From Candidatus Sumerlaeaceae bacterium (lineage in GTDB: Bacteria > Sumerlaeota > Sumerlaeia > Sumerlaeales > Sumerlaeaceae): a stretch of 64,000 bases of DNA. Location of the stretch: positions 35,543 through 99,542 of the forward strand of contig JAIBAT010000150.1 in assembly GCA_019695055.1 (NCBI GenBank), read 5' to 3'. The position numbers were made by a program, and so were the translations under genes. Of the stretch, positions 59,121 to 64,000 are shown in pieces (within the stretch, counting starts at the first letter, position 1; every line of letters starts with the position of its first letter). The notes below the pieces were generated by a model that saw only the letters and a program-made list of their open reading frames with translations, was not told the DNA's origin and searched no databases.

Positions 59121-60559
59121 TGGGGAACTTTTTTCACTCGTTCGAGGAACTTCGCCGCGTCCTCGAATTTGTAAAGCGTCAGGTTCTCCTGGAATTCACC
59201 ATTGGCGCCGATAAACGCAACTGTTGGCAGCGAAAGCGCCTTGTACTTCTCCTGCAGGGCCTGGTTTTCCGGTGTGGACTTCGTGCAATCAATGCGGACC
59301 AGGATAAATTTGGAAAGCGCCTCCTTCACGGCTGCGTCGGGAAAGGTGTGCTTCTCCAGCTCGACACAGGCCACGCACCACTTGGCCCCAAAATCCACCA
59401 TGACCGGTTTCTTTTGCTCCTTGGCCATCTGCAGGGCCTTGGCCTCGTCGGTTATCCAGTTCAAGCCGCCATGATCTCCCGAGGCTGCAGGGACCGCCCC
59501 GGACGTTTTATTGTCGGTGGATGCCACGGCCGGCAACGGCTGACCACTGGAAGCCGATGCTTGTTCACCCACAGCCATGATCGGCTTGTCCGGATCCAGC
59601 ATCGGCTTGGTTGCCGCAATCGCCGCAGGAACCTTCGCCACCGCCACATAGACTGCAAAAGCCGCGAATGCCAAACCCGCCAGGCGCCACGCATTGAGCA
59701 ACGTTGTGGAATGCTTGCGATGAACGGATTTCACCGCGATCACGAATCCGGCAGCAAGCGCCGCCACAGCTGCGACAATCCAATAGACGGTCTCGGGCAA
59801 AACTGTCCGCAGGTAAAAAATACCCACGCCAATCAGCACGATCCCGAGGAACTTCTTGATGTCATCCATCCAAACCCCCGATTTGGGAGCCGTCTTGATG
59901 AGCGCCGGAAAGGAGCCGAGAATGAGGAACAGCAGGCCGATTCCCAGTGCATACGCGAACAGCATCGCAAAACCCAGAGTGCTGTTACCCGACTGGCTGG
60001 CCAGCAGCAACACACTCACCAGCACCGGGCTGCCGCACGGCGAGGCCACGATGCCCGTCACAACTCCCAGCAGAAACGCGCCGAGGAATCCACCGCGATT
60101 GGCACCGTGCTGCAGTTTTCCCGAGAACGCCGCGGGCAATTGGATGGAAAAGTACCCAAGCATGCTGACACCCATGGCCATGAAAAATAATGAAATCAGA
60201 ACCAGGAACCAGGCACTCTGGAGCAAAAAACTGGAGTTCAACTTTAGCTTGGCTGCCGCCAGACCCAGGCTGGAATAGATGATGGCAATCCCGAGCACAA
60301 ACACCAGTGAGCGAAGGAAGCTGATAAGGGGCTTCTGACCCACCGAACGCGCACCTATGATACTAAGGGTAATCGGCACCATCGGATAGACGCAAGGCGT
60401 CAGACTGACCAGCACTCCAGCGCCGAACACAAGGGCCAGCGTAAGGATAAGCCCGTTGGCCACAATGCTTTCACCCACATTCAGGTCGGCAAGACCGGCA
60501 TGGGCGGAGGTAGCCCCGAAAAAAAAGATAGCGAGCAGGGGGAGAATGAGCTTTTTCAT
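59117..60559 (-). CDS. DsbD-like thiol:disulfide interchange protein (CcdA-type transmembrane core plus C-terminal thioredoxin domain)
   Basis: A signal peptide begins MKKLILPLLAIFFF. The TM core has LTPCVYPMVP, the DsbD-beta/CcdA Cys motif. The C-terminal Trx motif is WCVACV. Confidence 0.7.
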   Translation of the reverse strand: MKKLILPLLAIFFFGATSAHAGLADLNVGESIVANGLILTLALVFGAGVLVSLTPCVYPMVPITLSIIGARSVGQKPLISFLRSLVFVLGIAIIYSSLGLAAAKLKLNSSFLLQSAWFLVLISLFFMAMGVSMLGYFSIQLPAAFSGKLQHGANRGGFLGAFLLGVVTGIVASPCGSPVLVSVLLLASQSGNSTLGFAMLFAYALGIGLLFLILGSFPALIKTAPKSGVWMDDIKKFLGIVLIGVGIFYLRTVLPETVYWIVAAVAALAAGFVIAVKSVHRKHSTTLLNAWRLAGLAFAAFAVYVAVAKVPAAIAATKPMLDPDKPIMAVGEQASASSGQPLPAVASTDNKTSGAVPAASGDHGGLNWITDEAKALQMAKEQKKPVMVDFGAKWCVACVELEKHTFPDAAVKEALSKFILVRIDCTKSTPENQALQEKYKALSLPTVAFIGANGEFQENLTLYKFEDAAKFLERVKKVPQ

Positions 60560-60669
60560 GTATCGCCTCTTACAAAGTTTCACGAAGGGTTGTTCGGTTG
60601 CCAACGCAGAGTCTTACAAGTTCCGCGCCAGAAATTTTACCGCCCGGTGGTCGCTCTCTCCATGGCGGC

Positions 60670-61896
60670 ATGCCCCTTGACCCGGCCAACTGCGTCGAAG
60701 TGTCACATGTGTCGAAGCGGTTCCTTATTTCCACAGGCAACGTGGGGCGCGTTTCGGCCTTCCTTTGGAACCGCCTCGCGGCACGCAGCCGGCAGGAGGA
60801 ACTGTGGGCGCTAAACGACGTATCGCTGTCCCTGCGCCGCGGCGAGAACCTTGGCATGGTCGGCGTAAACGGTTCCGGCAAATCCACGCTCCTTCGTCTG
60901 ATCTGCGGCATCAGCCAGCCATCCTCCGGGGAAATCCGCAGCCTTCCCAAAATCGTCGCCCTTCACGACCTGTCCGCCGGGTTCCATTCCGCCCTCACCG
61001 GCTACGAAAACCTTTTTCTCAGCGGGTCCATCCTCGGATTCTCACGCGAGGAATTGCGCGCCAAGCTCCACGAGATTGTGACATTCAGCGGCATTGACCC
61101 CAAGTTTCTCGAAACCCCCATACGCTACTACTCCACCGGTATGGTCATGAGGCTCGGCTTCTCGCTCGCTGTCCACACGGATCCCGACGTGATCCTCATC
61201 GATGAGGTTATCGCCGTGGGAGATGCAGAATTCCAGGCGAAGAGCGCCCGGCGCCTTTTGCAATATCGCGACTCGGGCAAGGCCATGATCGCCGTTTCGC
61301 ATAACGAATACCTGCTGCACCAGATTTCCGACAGCATGGTCTGGCTCCATGAAGGCCGGATTCGCAGCATGGGAGGCGTGGACGATATCACGCGCGAATA
61401 TCGCGCTTTCCTTCAGGAGCAGATTGAGTTCAGCGCCGATAGAACCTCACAAGCTTCCAGCTCACCGGATACCGGCAGGGCGGCTGTCCGGTTTGGCGGA
61501 ATCACGCTCCACGACGGCAGCGGAACGCGCCCGGAGAAGTTCCAGACCAATGGCGTCCTGTGCGCGTCACTCGAAATGGAAACCCTCGACCCCACGGACG
61601 AAATGGACCTTCTCGTCCGCGTCGTCGCGTCGGATAAGGCCCTCGTCGAGGAGTTCCTGGCCTCAGAACGCGGCGTCCTGTTCTCCCCGGAGACTCGAAA
61701 GCTGCGCCTGACACTCCGTTTTGAGCCGTTGATTCTGTTCCGGGGAACATTCCAGCTTCAAGTCCTCGCCGTACGGCGTGGTCAACCTCGCCAGATTCTT
61801 GGCGTTAGTCAGCCCGCCCCGTTCGAGGTCGACATGAACTTCACCCCATGGCCCTTTTACCACGCCGAACTTCCCGTGCGGTTTGAAATGGACTGA
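60670..61896 (+). CDS. Wzt/TagH/KpsT-like polysaccharide-export ABC ATP-binding protein with an extra C-terminal beta-rich domain
   Basis: Walker A is GVNGSGKSTLLRLI. YSTGMVMRLGFSL matches the family signature YSxGMxxRLaFa. Walker B is VILIDEV. The extra C-terminal domain is about 170 aa. The start is chosen at MPLDPAN. Confidence 0.7.
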   Translation: MPLDPANCVEVSHVSKRFLISTGNVGRVSAFLWNRLAARSRQEELWALNDVSLSLRRGENLGMVGVNGSGKSTLLRLICGISQPSSGEIRSLPKIVALHDLSAGFHSALTGYENLFLSGSILGFSREELRAKLHEIVTFSGIDPKFLETPIRYYSTGMVMRLGFSLAVHTDPDVILIDEVIAVGDAEFQAKSARRLLQYRDSGKAMIAVSHNEYLLHQISDSMVWLHEGRIRSMGGVDDITREYRAFLQEQIEFSADRTSQASSSPDTGRAAVRFGGITLHDGSGTRPEKFQTNGVLCASLEMETLDPTDEMDLLVRVVASDKALVEEFLASERGVLFSPETRKLRLTLRFEPLILFRGTFQLQVLAVRRGQPRQILGVSQPAPFEVDMNFTPWPFYHAELPVRFEMD

Positions 61897-61949
61897 GCCG
61901 GTTTTGACCCTTCTAACAGACGCAAATTTATGCATCCAACTTTAACAGC

Positions 61950-63671
61950 ATGACCAGTTCAGACTTTGCAGGCCGCTCCATTGGCCTCAATGACGTCCCT
62001 GATGTGCCCGCTGCACCCGCAGGATCGGCCATCGAGGTGACCGAACATCCATGGCGACGTCGCTACACGGATGAGGCACTGCTCTACCTGCCCCGGTTAT
62101 TCCAGATGGTGGATCGCAACCAGTACAGCCCCACCTACGGCAGCTTTGACCGCAGCTACTGGCACTACCGAACCATGGACTTCCCTTGCGGCATGTACCA
62201 GGAGTTCGTCCTGCCACTGGCCCTTGCCCACACCCACCCCTTCCCCGACAATCCCTATTACGGCGTCGAGCGGGTGCGCGAACTGGCCATGGCCGGGGTT
62301 CACTATGCCCGCAAGTCAGCCCACCGCGACGGATCTTGCGATGACTACTTCCCCTACGAGCGCGCGTTGGGAGCACTCGTTTTTTCCCTTCACGCCTGTA
62401 CGGAGACCCTGCTCGTGCTCGGCGACCGCACCCCTGCACTTCTCGAGTTTTTCATGCGCCGCGGCGACCACCTGCGCGCCCACAACGAGACCGGGCAGCT
62501 CACAAATCACCAGGCACTTGCCGCCCTCGCGCTTTACAATGTCTATATGCTGACGGGCGAGGATCGCTTTCGCAAGTCATCCAACGAATTTGTGGATATC
62601 GTCCGCGCCTGGCAGTCCGACGAGGGCTGGTTTCAGGAATATGAAGGCGCAGACCCCGGCTACCACTCCTGCACCATCGCCTTCCTCGCCAAACTTTTCA
62701 AGAAGTCGAAGGACGAGAAGCTCCTGGATATCATGAAGCCCGCTGTGGATTTCGCCTGGCACTTCATGCACCCCGACGGCAGCTACGCCGGCGAGTATGG
62801 CAGCCGCAATACCTACCACTTCTATCCCCACGGGTTCGAGGTCATGGCCGCTTACAAGCCGGAGGCGGCCCAAATCGCAGACCAGTTCCTCGACAAGGGT
62901 CTGCCTCTCCGCACGCGCTACTTCAATGACGACGATCGCATGTGTGCCCATTACTTATATGACTGGATGCAGTCCTATTTGGATTTTTCCGAAGTCCGTT
63001 CCCCCCAGCCACTGAATGACCGTCCGCCCTACCAGAAGTATTTCGAGAAGGCTCGGATCTACGTTCAGAACACCGGCCGCTACCATGCCGTTCTCAGCCT
63101 CGCCAAGGGTGGCGTCCTCAAGGTCACCACGGAAGACGGCCCACTCTATAGTGACACCGGACTCATCGGCCGCTCCACTGATGGCACCGTGATCGTTTCG
63201 CATATTGTGGACGACTACGAGGTTAAGGCAGACCTCCAGACCAGCAAATTTTCGGCCGCCGGCAGGATGTGCCGCCGAAAGAGCAAACTGGCCACTCCCT
63301 TCACCCAGATCATTTTCCGCCTCATCAACCTGACTCTGGGTCGCTTCGCGCCGAACCTGCTTCGCAGCCTCCTTCAGAAGGTCCTTATCACGGGCAAGAA
63401 GCGCACGAACTACGAGTTTGCCCGCGATTTCGAGTTCCTTGACGATTTCGTGATTATCCGCTCCCGCATGAAGAAACCCCCGGGGAGCCGCAAATTGGAA
63501 TCCCTCCACATTGCCAGCGACGCCACCTCCATCTACGTGGCCAACAGCAACGTGTACCAGCACAGCGTGCTTCTACCGTGGCGGGAACTCTCCCAGATGC
63601 GCGACCAGGTCAACACCACAGGCGAAGGCGAGCACACCCTGACAATCAAGCCGCCCAAACAGCGGGCATAG
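61950..63671 (+). CDS. Hypothetical protein; aromatic/His-rich, possibly an (alpha/alpha)-toroid polysaccharide-lyase-like (heparinase II/III-like) enzyme
   Basis: 573 aa with no signal peptide seen. The composition is W/Y/H-rich with a helical-repeat character (NHQALAALALYNVYMLTGEDRF...). The assignment is tentative. Confidence 0.25.
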   Translation: MTSSDFAGRSIGLNDVPDVPAAPAGSAIEVTEHPWRRRYTDEALLYLPRLFQMVDRNQYSPTYGSFDRSYWHYRTMDFPCGMYQEFVLPLALAHTHPFPDNPYYGVERVRELAMAGVHYARKSAHRDGSCDDYFPYERALGALVFSLHACTETLLVLGDRTPALLEFFMRRGDHLRAHNETGQLTNHQALAALALYNVYMLTGEDRFRKSSNEFVDIVRAWQSDEGWFQEYEGADPGYHSCTIAFLAKLFKKSKDEKLLDIMKPAVDFAWHFMHPDGSYAGEYGSRNTYHFYPHGFEVMAAYKPEAAQIADQFLDKGLPLRTRYFNDDDRMCAHYLYDWMQSYLDFSEVRSPQPLNDRPPYQKYFEKARIYVQNTGRYHAVLSLAKGGVLKVTTEDGPLYSDTGLIGRSTDGTVIVSHIVDDYEVKADLQTSKFSAAGRMCRRKSKLATPFTQIIFRLINLTLGRFAPNLLRSLLQKVLITGKKRTNYEFARDFEFLDDFVIIRSRMKKPPGSRKLESLHIASDATSIYVANSNVYQHSVLLPWRELSQMRDQVNTTGEGEHTLTIKPPKQRA

Positions 63672-63744
63672 CCGGATCCATGGCCTCCCACGTCACGCCA
63701 TTGGCCGGTGTACCTGGAATCCTGATGGGTTCGTCGTTTTGACA

Positions 63745-64000
63745 ATGCCCAACTCCCCCGGGCCGATTTCTTCCTTTCCCCCGAGGAAGTTCCCGATCAA
63801 GCGGCTCATAGCCGTTGGCGTCACCCTCCTATTGCTCGGCATTCTCTTTTACAAGGTGGATCGCCAGGCGCTTCTGCGCAACTTGTCACAAACAGATCCG
63901 GTCTACTTCCTCCTCGCGTTGCTCATGTTCGTGCCCCAACTGCTGGTGCAGGCCTGGCGCTGGCAGCGTATGGTGGGTGTCTTTGCCCCCATTTCCCTGC
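63745..64000 (+). CDS. UPF0104 / lysylphosphatidylglycerol-synthase-TM-like membrane protein (5' partial; it continues beyond the window)
   Basis: The N-terminus PIKRLIAVGVTLLLLGILFYKVDRQALLRNL...WRWQRMVGVF is typical of the TIGR00374/UPF0104 family. Confidence 0.5.
   Translation, partial: MPNSPGPISSFPPRKFPIKRLIAVGVTLLLLGILFYKVDRQALLRNLSQTDPVYFLLALLMFVPQLLVQAWRWQRMVGVFAPISL

Overview
This is a high-GC (about 60-65%) bacterial chromosomal segment that is densely coding on both strands. The gene content suggests a PVC-superphylum-like organism (Verrucomicrobiota or Planctomycetota); this is inference only. Supporting content: several eukaryotic-like Ser/Thr kinases, a GxxExxY gene, GHL10-family proteins, TspO and a split pnt locus. 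No rRNA, tRNA or CRISPR array was recognised. Housekeeping genes are clear: kdsA, leuC and leuD, purF, argG, pntAA/pntAB/pntB, sucD, HU, ribosomal protein L25 and an M32 carboxypeptidase. Accessory genes are interleaved with them. The most interesting feature is a five-gene minus-strand operon at 22447-28198. It encodes a KamA-family radical-SAM 2,3-aminomutase, the 3-oxoacid CoA-transferase A and B subunits, a GSA-aminomutase-like class-III (beta-)transaminase and a PcaF-like 3-oxoadipyl-CoA thiolase. This looks like an undescribed beta-amino-acid route, for example 2-aminoadipate to 3-aminoadipate to 3-oxoadipate to succinyl-CoA plus acetyl-CoA. Other notable items are a catalytically degenerate Amidase_3 protein co-operonic with a GerMN protein; a periplasmic-binding-protein/ABC-permease fusion; and a membrane ORF whose N- and C-termini are the two halves of an acyl carrier protein in swapped order. 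Further items are two large Ser/Thr kinases (one with an N-terminal zinc ribbon and C-terminal polytopic domain, one with an extracytoplasmic sensor); a minimal 6TM voltage-gated K+ channel; a BrnT/BrnA-like toxin-antitoxin pair and a GxxExxY gene punctuating the leu genes; a composite AT-rich direct repeat with an (AGTTCTG)5 core; and a perfect G-quadruplex motif in a long convergent intergenic region.
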